In this document: positions 27,668 through 38,400 of the stretch, one piece after another
Numbering within the stretch: the first letter of the stretch is position 1
How the letters are laid out: each line of letters opens with the position of its first letter
From: a virus
IMG/VR virus record: IMGVR_UViG_3300049830_000285
Location: 64,001 to 128,000 of that record
Direction: 5' to 3' (one strand)
Length of the DNA stretch: 64,000 nucleotides
Translations under genes and position numbers: made by a program
The notes under the pieces: generated by a model
Told to the model about the DNA's origin: nothing
The model's input: only the letters and a program-made list of their open reading frames with translations
Databases searched by the model: none

Positions 27668-30600
27668 GTGGGAAATACAGATATTTACAAGCTAGGGTTT
27701 TTAGAAGCCTTTCAAAAAGTCGGTGAAGTCATCGACATGGATGAGCGTCGATTTCGAACGATTGAAGCGCAGACATATGCTATTTACACTATTTTTGGTA
27801 ATGGCGTGCTTGACGACGACCCTCTTAATCCATCTTGGCGTATTCAAAATGTACCAGGAGATATCACTGGACAAGTCGTGCAAATTACCCCTGGCGGCGG
27901 ACATGTTGCTTGGAAATCTGCTGTTACAACTGATGTCACACAAGTTAAGCTTCCTCCACCATCTGGCGCTACCACTGGCAACTTATATACATTTTGGATT
28001 TATGCCAGAGCTAATGACACAACTCACGATAAGAGAACAGTAGATTTTGTTGCCTCTACTGTGGAAATTGCTGATTTTGATAATTATATTGGCTTAGGCG
28101 CGGTTATAGTTGATTACAGTTCAAGTCCACCATCTGTTACATGTTATAATGACGCAAGTCACGGCAGGGTTAATATTTCCTTATTCAATACGCTTGCCAC
28201 ATTAATCAATAAACATAAGCATATTGGTGGCGCTAATAATCCGAGTCGTGTGGATTTAGGTTTGCACGTACAGGGGAAACTTGATGGAACATTTATTGAG
28301 AATTTGGATTTAGGTACTGTTACAAAAGGAAATTTAGCCCCAGAAAGACTTCCTTTAATAAGCCACACCATTTTAGCTGACATCGGAACTCTTACACACC
28401 CGGAAATAGATTCTCTGCTTGAAACATTGGAAAATCCATCGTCATACAGATTATCCGATTTACATATTGCGAATCTTTTGCAACTCGTTTTAGCTTTGAA
28501 AAAACAAAGCGGTCTTGGTACAGTTGATGCAAAACTTGTCAACGCTATTTTCTATACTCCTGGATACAATGCTGATGACCATTTAATTGCTTATTATTCT
28601 ACTTTTGCAACCTATGGATTATCGGGAGTCGTTGCTGATTATGTACCTGGCCCAAATGGTGCTGGAAAAGTAGATTTAGCCATAGTTGACAAGAATTTAC
28701 ATGAAATCTATGGCACAAACCCGTCTGCTATTAACAGTGATGTTATTGTATGGACAACAGATTTAGATTTCACAACAGCTTTAGAAAATCACCAAACACG
28801 AGTGAATTCCCCGGAGCCATACTCGCATGATATTGTTATTACGGGAACTGGTGTAAATGGTGAAATTGATATTGATATTCCCCTTGAATATAAAGCGATT
28901 ACATCTACCAACCTAGCTGCGTCAGCTAACTCCTTTGCATGGGATGGCGGTTACAAATTTATTGATAACAAAACACAAACAGCTATTGTTCCACCGCCAC
29001 CACCAACATTAACAACTCCACCATTTAATAATGAATTCGTAGACACATATGCTGTTGAGAGATATTTCTTTGGTACTTTCTCCAGTGCTCAAGACTGGTC
29101 AACTCGAACCAAGCTGGGTATTGGATGGGGTCTTTCTTCTATTAGTCACCCAGGCGATGTGTTCATTTATTTGATTTACGATGGTGGTACAGCAACAACT
29201 GTTGTTCAAAATGGCGTCAGCACCACCGTTAAAATTTCTTCATTGGTGACACTAAGAGACGGCGATTTACAAACATCTGCTACTAGGCTTTATCGAGCTA
29301 TCAATATTTCTGAATTTAATGTCACTGATATGACAAAGATTACAGGTGTCGGTGTTGCTTGGAAAACTGCTACTGGATGGGATGGCAGTGAAGTAGATTT
29401 TTATTTATTGCATCCAAATGATGATGAAATAAGCACAATTGAAAGCCCAAATCTTGCAGTTGTTGAAGAGCGACAAACGCTACCCGACACTACATCTGCT
29501 ATTTTCATATGGAATGATAGTCTTTATGCTGAAACTGCTGAAATAGTCTTCAGATTTGATAGCGGTTTTACAACAACAACGTATAGTTTATTGAATTGGG
29601 ACACCACGGAGCCATCGAATACACAAGTAAAGTTTAGAACAAGAGCTGGAGATAATGATGTTAGCATGGGCGCATTTTATGATGTTGACCCAGACACTCA
29701 TTTGATTGATTCCAATTCATCTGTGGGTAGATATTTTGATATTCATGTGAAATTGGTATCAGCACCAGGTTTATCATTGGCACCAAGTCTGCAAACACTA
29801 TCGCTAGCTTTTGAAAGCGCGGGCGTTCCAGTAATTAAAACTTGGAACAAGAGACTTACGGATTCTACAAACGACCAAACTGGATGGATGGAGGGTCGGT
29901 CATTTGTTAATACATTAATTGGCGCTGATTACGTAGATGGTTTGTTGACTAAAAACTCCTTAACGCTGGAGTCTTCAAGCGGAGTTGGCGAATTTCAATA
30001 TATTCGCAGCGATAATAGTTACAACGCTTTTCAACTTGACGGCTCAGACGAGTCTTCTTATCAAAATGGCGAGACACTATACACTACACCATATCAAGCA
30101 TGGCACGGTAGTGTTCGCAGCGGATATCAAAGCCCGCTTGATTTTGAGATTCTATCTGATAAAAGTGTAGTATTTGCTGATACAAACAATGACCGATTGG
30201 TTCATGTCGATATTGACGGTAATATGATTCGCTCTATACAGGGCAATATTAGACTAAGAAATATTGACAGAGACTTTGTAGCATTAACAGCAGATTATAA
30301 CCCAAGACTTGGTAAAATATGGATTGCATTTAGTCAAAATATTACCATATCAGATAAATCTAAAATCTATCTACAAAGTGACCAAAATAGTTTGTCATTC
30401 AGTTTGTCAGATATAAATTGTGTGCCGTTTTCACCAATAGATAATAAAAGCGCCACAATACAAGCCACGTTGTCAGCTAGTTTGCAAGCAATAGTTAATT
30501 CTTGGACAAGTCCAATGAAAATCTTAATCCTTAACGGAGCTGTTACTTCTGCTGGGAGCGGCGGAAATACAGGTGGTGGCGGAAATACAGGTGGAGGAAC

Positions 30601-31330
30601 AGGTTCAGGCGGCGGGACATCTGATTGTCCACCAACAGGCCTGTATGAAAACCTTGGTACTGGTGATTTATCAGGAAAATTGGCTTGTTTTACTGGCTTG
30701 GAAGACAACACAGCCTCTAGTGCTGATTCGGGAGATTTTAATGGAGATGGTAGTATCACAAGTGTACTTCAAGGGCCTGGTGGACAAATTAGTAATATTA
30801 CTTTGAACGTATTTAGCGGTGAAGTGGTTTACTATAATCTATTTAATCCGATAAGTGTACAAGTATTTGAGGATACTAATTCATGGTTGGTAAGCACAGC
30901 GGGGGCTGATTCAGTTATTCGTTTTGATTCTAGCAGTGTAGCCTCTTGGACTATTCCATCTACATTAATTACTATGCGAGAAGGCTACGGTGGTTCTGCT
31001 TATTTGTTGAGCAATGGTAATGTTCTCTTAGCCGCCCCTGCGAGTGATTCAGATGGGGCAAAGGGCACGTTAATGGTTGTGAATCGGACTACTGGAAACG
31101 TACCATTGTTCAGCGTTCCTATTGATGGAGACCCAGTTAGAGCATTGCCATATACAAATTCTTTTGAATATTGGGTGGCTATTAATGACCGCTCAAGCAC
31201 TGGTTCGGCGTCTAGATTGGTTAGAGTCAATACTTCTGGAAAAATTACATGGAACTGGGGTAGTGGTATTTTAACACACCCATCGGGCATGTCTATATTA
31301 GAAAACGGCACACTGTTGGTGTCTGAATAG
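27668..31330 (+). CDS. Tail/baseplate-associated protein with C-terminal NHL-like beta-propeller
   Basis: 1220 aa; PLDFEILSDKSVVFADTNNDRLVHVD and HPSGMSILENGTLLVSE; N-terminus paralogous to ORF 47359-55983. Confidence 0.6.
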   Translation: MGNTDIYKLGFLEAFQKVGEVIDMDERRFRTIEAQTYAIYTIFGNGVLDDDPLNPSWRIQNVPGDITGQVVQITPGGGHVAWKSAVTTDVTQVKLPPPSGATTGNLYTFWIYARANDTTHDKRTVDFVASTVEIADFDNYIGLGAVIVDYSSSPPSVTCYNDASHGRVNISLFNTLATLINKHKHIGGANNPSRVDLGLHVQGKLDGTFIENLDLGTVTKGNLAPERLPLISHTILADIGTLTHPEIDSLLETLENPSSYRLSDLHIANLLQLVLALKKQSGLGTVDAKLVNAIFYTPGYNADDHLIAYYSTFATYGLSGVVADYVPGPNGAGKVDLAIVDKNLHEIYGTNPSAINSDVIVWTTDLDFTTALENHQTRVNSPEPYSHDIVITGTGVNGEIDIDIPLEYKAITSTNLAASANSFAWDGGYKFIDNKTQTAIVPPPPPTLTTPPFNNEFVDTYAVERYFFGTFSSAQDWSTRTKLGIGWGLSSISHPGDVFIYLIYDGGTATTVVQNGVSTTVKISSLVTLRDGDLQTSATRLYRAINISEFNVTDMTKITGVGVAWKTATGWDGSEVDFYLLHPNDDEISTIESPNLAVVEERQTLPDTTSAIFIWNDSLYAETAEIVFRFDSGFTTTTYSLLNWDTTEPSNTQVKFRTRAGDNDVSMGAFYDVDPDTHLIDSNSSVGRYFDIHVKLVSAPGLSLAPSLQTLSLAFESAGVPVIKTWNKRLTDSTNDQTGWMEGRSFVNTLIGADYVDGLLTKNSLTLESSSGVGEFQYIRSDNSYNAFQLDGSDESSYQNGETLYTTPYQAWHGSVRSGYQSPLDFEILSDKSVVFADTNNDRLVHVDIDGNMIRSIQGNIRLRNIDRDFVALTADYNPRLGKIWIAFSQNITISDKSKIYLQSDQNSLSFSLSDINCVPFSPIDNKSATIQATLSASLQAIVNSWTSPMKILILNGAVTSAGSGGNTGGGGNTGGGTGSGGGTSDCPPTGLYENLGTGDLSGKLACFTGLEDNTASSADSGDFNGDGSITSVLQGPGGQISNITLNVFSGEVVYYNLFNPISVQVFEDTNSWLVSTAGADSVIRFDSSSVASWTIPSTLITMREGYGGSAYLLSNGNVLLAAPASDSDGAKGTLMVVNRTTGNVPLFSVPIDGDPVRALPYTNSFEYWVAINDRSSTGSASRLVRVNTSGKITWNWGSGILTHPSGMSILENGTLLVSE
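30560..30594 (+). repeat. In-frame tandem repeat ggcggaaatacaggtgg x2 (GGNTGG linker)
   Basis: Identical 17-mers at 30560-30576 and 30578-30594. Confidence 0.8.
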
Positions 31331-31337
31331 GTCAAAA

Positions 31338-32459
31338 ATGCAATCAATACCCAATTTAACTTTTGAAACTTTAGATGACAGAGCTGGATTTACTCTTACA
31401 GCGCCTTCGAATAATTATATCAATATCATCTTTTCTGATGCACCTGAAAATTTTAACATTGGACAAACACAAGATGCTTTAATTATGATGATATCGCCAG
31501 ACATTCGAGCTACGGCATTTAATGCTGGTGATAACATAGCATTATATTTGAGTAAATCAAGTAGTATGCCCCAAAGCTTTAGCCTTGCGTTTGAAAATAT
31601 CGTGAGCCTAGATGTAAGAAATCATCAAGTAATTCTTCATATGTCAAATATGAAGATTTATATTGACTTTTCCGATTGTGTTGTTGTTGCTTCAGACCCA
31701 ACAACTATTACTGTTTCAGTGAGTAATGCTGATTCTAAATTAGAATTTTCCACTCAAATCAAATCCGCCTTTGCTGTTATGAATCAAAATGTATCTATGC
31801 AAAGTATTGATGGTGGACGAATGTTGATTCCATCATCTCGAAGGATTCCAGAATTTATTATTTCCATTTATGACGATAGTAGTTTTGTTCGACCGAGACC
31901 ATCGCGTTTTGGTGTTCCGGTTATATCTACGGTGCCAGGATTTATACCAGACAGCTCTTGGAGCGTGACGGTGCCGCAAGAAGATAAAGATTTAATGGAA
32001 TTGGGTGTGGGAACTGAGAAGCGAAAAATGTACTTCAAAATTATTAGTGACCAAACTATTGAAGGTTCTTTGCGTGATAATCTTCAGCTTGAAATTGATA
32101 TGCCAGCAGGGGTTGACACCGTTGTCGAAACTGTCTCTCTTCCATTGACTTATATCAGCTCAGCCGATGTAAATGATATATTTACTGGCTCTTATGATTT
32201 TCACAAAGAAGATACTGTTAACTTTGTAGATGGATTCGCTTATTTATCAGTGCGATTGCCGTTAAAAATTCAAAGAAATCTTCCGTTAATCTTCCAAGTG
32301 AGCACCGATGGTTCTACTTTTACTAATCCAACAAGTTTGCCAGTAAGTTCTTTACCATTTGATGCTTTAAGCATTGAAAATAATGTACAACCTAAATTAG
32401 CCAATTCCAAACAGGGTTCGAAAGCTGAAAAAGGGAAAAATAACAAGAATGGTCAATAA
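31338..32459 (+). CDS. Hypothetical beta-rich structural protein
   Basis: 373 aa within the tail gene run. Confidence 0.6.
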   Translation: MQSIPNLTFETLDDRAGFTLTAPSNNYINIIFSDAPENFNIGQTQDALIMMISPDIRATAFNAGDNIALYLSKSSSMPQSFSLAFENIVSLDVRNHQVILHMSNMKIYIDFSDCVVVASDPTTITVSVSNADSKLEFSTQIKSAFAVMNQNVSMQSIDGGRMLIPSSRRIPEFIISIYDDSSFVRPRPSRFGVPVISTVPGFIPDSSWSVTVPQEDKDLMELGVGTEKRKMYFKIISDQTIEGSLRDNLQLEIDMPAGVDTVVETVSLPLTYISSADVNDIFTGSYDFHKEDTVNFVDGFAYLSVRLPLKIQRNLPLIFQVSTDGSTFTNPTSLPVSSLPFDALSIENNVQPKLANSKQGSKAEKGKNNKNGQ

Positions 32460-32491
32460 CCCACAATGTAATCTGGCCATGGTGCTATATT

Positions 32492-35400
32492 ATGTCAATT
32501 GAAGTCAATCTTGTGCTCCCTGATAACCTCAGAAGCTCATTTTTAAGAGGAGAATTTATTGAACAGGGTCAAACATATACGACTCTGCTACAAAGCAATA
32601 ATCCAGCAAGGGACTTAAATCGTCATACTTTAAGTTTTGGTTTTGAATTAGTTGACACAGAAACTCGCGAACCAGTAGCATTGACGAGAATTAAATCGTT
32701 AAAAATTTCCAATGACCCTGATTTTGACGCAGAATCTACTTTAGAAATCACCAATTGGCCTGTTGGCACATTTGATAGCGCCACCACTTACACATATACC
32801 TTTAACCCGTCATATTTCTTTGACTCAGCAAACGTTTCACCTCAGGGTACAGCAGACGACCCAGGTGCAGTAACTGGTAATCCGGGATTCTTTGTTGAAA
32901 ATTGGCCTTTGTCTGGCAACGGCGGATTGTCCACTGTGTACTTTAAGGCAATCCTTGAAGCTGGTTCAGATGAAATCACATATCCAGGCTCATATAGTAT
33001 TTTTGACCAAATATTTTGGGAAACAGAAAGACCGTCAACCCCAGGTAAACCAGAAGTATTAACATTCACTGATGGTTGGGTTGGTCGAAAATATGCGTGT
33101 AAATTTAGAGCTTCAGAAGAATCATCCACGGGACGATTTAGCGCAGGTGTGTCTCGATATATCGGTGATATTATTGAAGTTAGAAAAAATGCTATTTCCA
33201 GCGGAATTTACAATCTATATTCCACGCTCGGCTCTTCTTTGACGGGAGTTTCGAGAAGTATCTTACCAGATGAACCAGCTACAGCAATGACTGTTACTGG
33301 ATACAACGTTCAGTACGATAATACAGGATATGCAGCAAATGCTGGCAGAACTATCAACACCAATCTATTACTCAATACTAGTGCTATTTTACGCGGCGCA
33401 GCTTTATATTCTAATACGGCAACAAAGATTACATTGTCTACGACTGCTCCTGATTTTTGTGTTCAGGCACATGTTCAAATGTCGGTAGCTGATTTAAACA
33501 CAGCGAGTCGCTACTATATTAAAGCGTATACAGGTGTATTTAATGCGACATCTGGTTCTGTAGATGAATTGGTGGTCAGAGTTAACCTTCCTGCTCTGAA
33601 AGACATTCTGAATTCCACTTCACCACAGCAACCTACAGCAGACATTTATCGACTATCTGCATCATATACTCCAACAAGTGTATATAGTGTAAACCTACCC
33701 ATGCACATTGTTCCAGCATTACTTGCCGGGGGATTATTAGAGTTATTTCTTAGTAATTTTGATTCTCGTGGTTTGATGCAAGTATCTGCATACTTTACAC
33801 CAGACGGCGCACCTTCAGAATCCATTTTGATTGCAAGCACATTAATGGCAAATAAATTCTCTGACACGGCTGCCATGGGCGGTGCTATTGTTGGAGCCGT
33901 GACGGGCGGTGATGGTACTTTTCAATGCGATGAGTTGATGATTGCCTCTGGTAGATTCCTACTTGATATTGATTTGGGAGATTGTTTTAACGACGACCGC
34001 TCGGAAAACACATGGTTAGCGGCAAATACTACTTCTAAAAATTGGAATACTTTATTAGCAAATGGAAATTGGCTTTATTACACCGAGTTTGTCAGCAACT
34101 TAGCTGATTCGACTCGTGCTGAAAATGTTTCTGGCCCATCTAAGTCAGTGGCTTCTGATGCATTAACACTTTCAGCACCAGGTTATTTAAATCAAAAATC
34201 TGTCGCTGAAATACAATGCTCTACTCCAACTATGTCATCTCGCGCTCAGGTAACATTCGATGCAGACGTAAATGGAAGCACCAACTTTGGAGAATATTAT
34301 GTTGCATTTAGCCCATATGCTGTAACAGAACAACTTTCAACGTTGCGACCTATGGTTTCTCGATGTGACCCATATCAAAATGAAGCTGACGAGCCAATGT
34401 TGTTGCCCACTATTATCGTGGGTTTCTCGCCAGTTCGTGGAATTTATGTTACACAAAGAAATAATGACAATAGTTTAACAACCAAAAAAATAATGCACTT
34501 TACACCAGATGAAAATGGTGCAGAAACATGGAAAGTTGTTATTTCTAATGAGCCGACTGCTGGCAGCGGTGATACTACCAGTTTGGTGATTTTGCGAAAT
34601 AGTGAAGTCGTGGGAACTGTATTTGTCGGCAATTTATTACCATCGAAAGATATGGGGCTTGGATTCTATGTGGCACTTGGCGTTCGCTCCGAGAAAGCCA
34701 CGCAATCCGAGGCATCTGATATATATAATGCAGATTGTATCTTTTCAAATATCTTAATTGAAGGTTTACAAGCAATACACTCAATCGGTGATGACGACCC
34801 TGTTTCTATCAGACATTTTGCTAAATATGATACTGGCGCAACAACTCTTAAGCCGTTAATGGGTCAATATTTGATTGATGGTTCAACTGATGCTGGAGAT
34901 TTTAAATACTCTCTTTATCCTCAGCGAACTATCGTGGCTGATTCAGACACCGATTATATCATTGAAGTTGCGGCAGCTACAGTTGGTGCAAATATTCCAA
35001 AAACATTTGATTGCCCATCGTATCAATTAGATTTAGTCGAAACTTCTTTAGGGGGATTTGTTTTAAACTATGGAGACCTTGTGTTGGTTAAAGACCAAAC
35101 AAATCCACTTGAAAATGGTGTCTACCAAGTTAAATATGACATTGTTACATTTAGGTACTATTGGGAGCGATGGGCTGACTTAAATGAAGGTACGACTATT
35201 ACCGCTAGCACCACGCATCGCTTATACGTTCAAATGCGAGATAGATGGCTTTGGTGCCAAAACTGTCGCGTGGCAACAACAACTGTTGTTGCTGATTTCA
35301 ACAATGTATCCACCACTATTGACGGAGTAGTTGTTAAAGTTGGTGATAGAGTTTTGGTATGTAAAGAATCTTCCAACTTTATTGCACAAGGAATTTATAC

Positions 35401-38400
35401 CGTTGCATCTATTAATTCAAATGGTGTAACTTGCGTACTTAGCCGTGCATCTGACATGAATGTTGATTCACAACTTTCGCCACGCAGCAGAGTTAAAGTC
35501 GAGCTAGGAAACACTTGGGCTGGAACATACTGGGGATTTAAGCTTATAGCGGAATTGCCACCGTCAGCACCATATGTGTTTGGTGTTACCAATATTCACA
35601 TTCATCAACAACCATTTAATTTGTCACTTGAACCATGTCGATACGCCTCTAATATAAATCTGGTTCTCAGCGGACTCGTGGTTGGCCCATATACTCTTAT
35701 TGATGGTGATAGATTGTTGATTAAATCACAAACTAATCAAGTTGAAAATGGTATTTATATCGCACATGCTGGTGCTTGGACAAGAGCCACGGACTTTGAT
35801 GCACCGAGCGATGTATTCCCGCAAATGGTAATACCAGTAAAAGATGGTGTTGTCAATAAGATAACTAGATGGACAATAGACCCAACTATTCACGACAGTT
35901 TATTAGTCGGAACTATTAACATGCGATTTGTAAAAGTCCCTAATCTAGAGGGTCTCACTTGGTTTTTGGACACCGATGAAGAAACTGTTATCGGCACAAC
36001 TGATATTAAGTTTACAAGTTCCAATTATGCACAAAGCTTTGATGTTGGACAGATGGGATTGAATACATCATTCACAAGTGAACTTTTAGATTTGAAAGTT
36101 CGTAATGATGGTACTGATTTCACATCAAATATGTTTCCATCAGTACGCTTACATCTACACGATGCAAGCACTGGTAAGATTGGAGCGCCACTGACTGACT
36201 GGATACCGTCTGGAAGAAGGTTGTACGAAAGTTTTGCAGAACACGGTGGTTTAATTTCTCAAAATGACTTGGTTCAATTTGAAATGACAAGTCAACCATT
36301 ATATTTAGATTCCGGTCGAAAATATTGGTTGATTGTTCGCACTCCTCCTGCCACATCCTTGCGTTCCGCAAATGCGAGCGAATTAAACTTTGATAAAATG
36401 GTAGACACTAATGAATTTACAGGTTTGAATTTGATTAATGATTTGTATTTCAAATTATTTGCACGAAGCATCGAACGATACGATAGCACCACTCACGCCA
36501 CAGCCATTCATTCTCGTGTCAGAGCTGATTCTCACGCAAGGGTAGAAAGCTCAGCTAGTTTATTATCTAGCGTTGTGCGTGTTGATTTGCAAGCGCCTAC
36601 GTCATCTTCTGTGACGGGTCGTCCATTTGTGGAACCAACTATTATTCCTTCCGTAAGAAGCGCCGTATTGAGTATTGATGCAACAGATGATGATTCTGGA
36701 ATGCTTGCTTTTAGAATCGGAAAAGAGGGGCACTATGGTATGGTTGATTTTACTTGTTGGCAACCATGGTCGGCTTTTGAGAACGCTGGAATCATCGAAT
36801 ACACAACATATCTTTACAATACTTGGTGGAACAACTCACTTGGGGAAAACAATGCTTTGATATTTGATTCTACAGGCACAGGACACGCTATTGCTGGTTC
36901 TACATCAGATGGCTCACGAAGAGTGTGGGTTCAGGTAATGGATGGTGTGGGTAATATTTCTGAATCCTATCCACTTACATTGATTGCCCAGGGATTGGCG
37001 CTAGTGGATACAGTTGCTCCAGCGGGAGCTTTGAGTTTTTCTAATAATTTAACTGGATTAACGGCAAACATTACAAATACTTCTTCTACACTACTTGCCA
37101 CTTCTGGCGCAGATAGAACAAGTGCAGTCAAAGATATTCGCTTCCGCGCTCTTAAAGCAGGCTCTGCCAGAACATGGTCTCCTTGGTATTCTTCAGAAGA
37201 ATACGTTCAATGGGCTATTGATAATGATATTAATAGTGTGACAGACGGTTTAAAGAGAGTTGAAGCTCAATTTAGAGATTATGGTAATAATATTGAATAC
37301 GAAGCTGCATTATGGGATTCTATTTATGAGTCTGCGGATAAAAATGTGCTCTTTATTGCCATGGCAACTTGGAAACCATTAAGCGCCACCGATGAAACAT
37401 TATATTTGTCTGGCATTAAGTCTGAAAATTACACTGGAGTCAGTTTGTCGGATAGCTTCAGTAAGGATTATCCTGACAATACCGCATATTATGCTGTGTC
37501 CACTGAAGTTGGAAGCATTGGAAGACAAATTCGAGTAAGAAGTTCTGACCATGTTACGGCATATATTAATGCATCGCCTACAACAGATTTTGTCATAGAT
37601 GGTACTCGCGGTTTAATCGTATTCAACACGCCAACAACAGAAGGAGATGTGCTAACTGCCGACATTCATCGCGACTATGCCGTTATTTATAAGTGGGACG
37701 GGAACGCTGTGTTGAAAATAGTTGACATGGGATATTACGAGGAGCCAGCTATTATATCTATGTGCTCCACTCATTTGTTTGCCACAACAAGTGATGATAA
37801 CTTTGTGCTACTCGGCGGTGCCTCTGGAAGAGTTTGGAAATTTAACGGAAGCAATGTATCCGGCCCAGTCTTCACTGGCACAGAGGATAATTACGCACTG
37901 CCAATAACCACTCTTACGATTCATCAATTCCCACATGAAAGCAATCCATATGTTTACGCAGGAACAGCTAACTTCCCGCGATTATATCGAGCTTCCCTTC
38001 CAAATTCGGACACAAGTACCGCATGGAGTGCCGTAGCTGATATTGGATTCTTACAAAGCGGAATAGGTGATATTACATGTGCGTGCAGTGCTTACGGTAT
38101 GTTGTTCCTCGGAACAAATAGCGGACGAGTGTTGCGCTATGAAAGAACGTTAATCAATACAACAGATTCCACAGAACAAGAGACGCTTGAAGAAAGTCTT
38201 TTGCAAAATGAATACATTGGAGAATATGAATCCAATGTATTACCAGTGTCATGTTTATTGGCAACTCAGGAGCAAATCTTAGCTGGTATTGGTGATAGAC
38301 CAGAAATATGGAATTTTGTTTTAACACATCAAATTCAACCAAAGCCAAGCGAGCTATGGGCAAAGCAATTGTTCAATAAATGGTTCATTCACGACTCGGT

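Noticed and set aside
30541-30620. CRISPR-like repeats (also GN repeats near 58200-58300)
   Set aside because: Only 2-3 short in-frame units encoding Gly-rich linkers, with no spacers.
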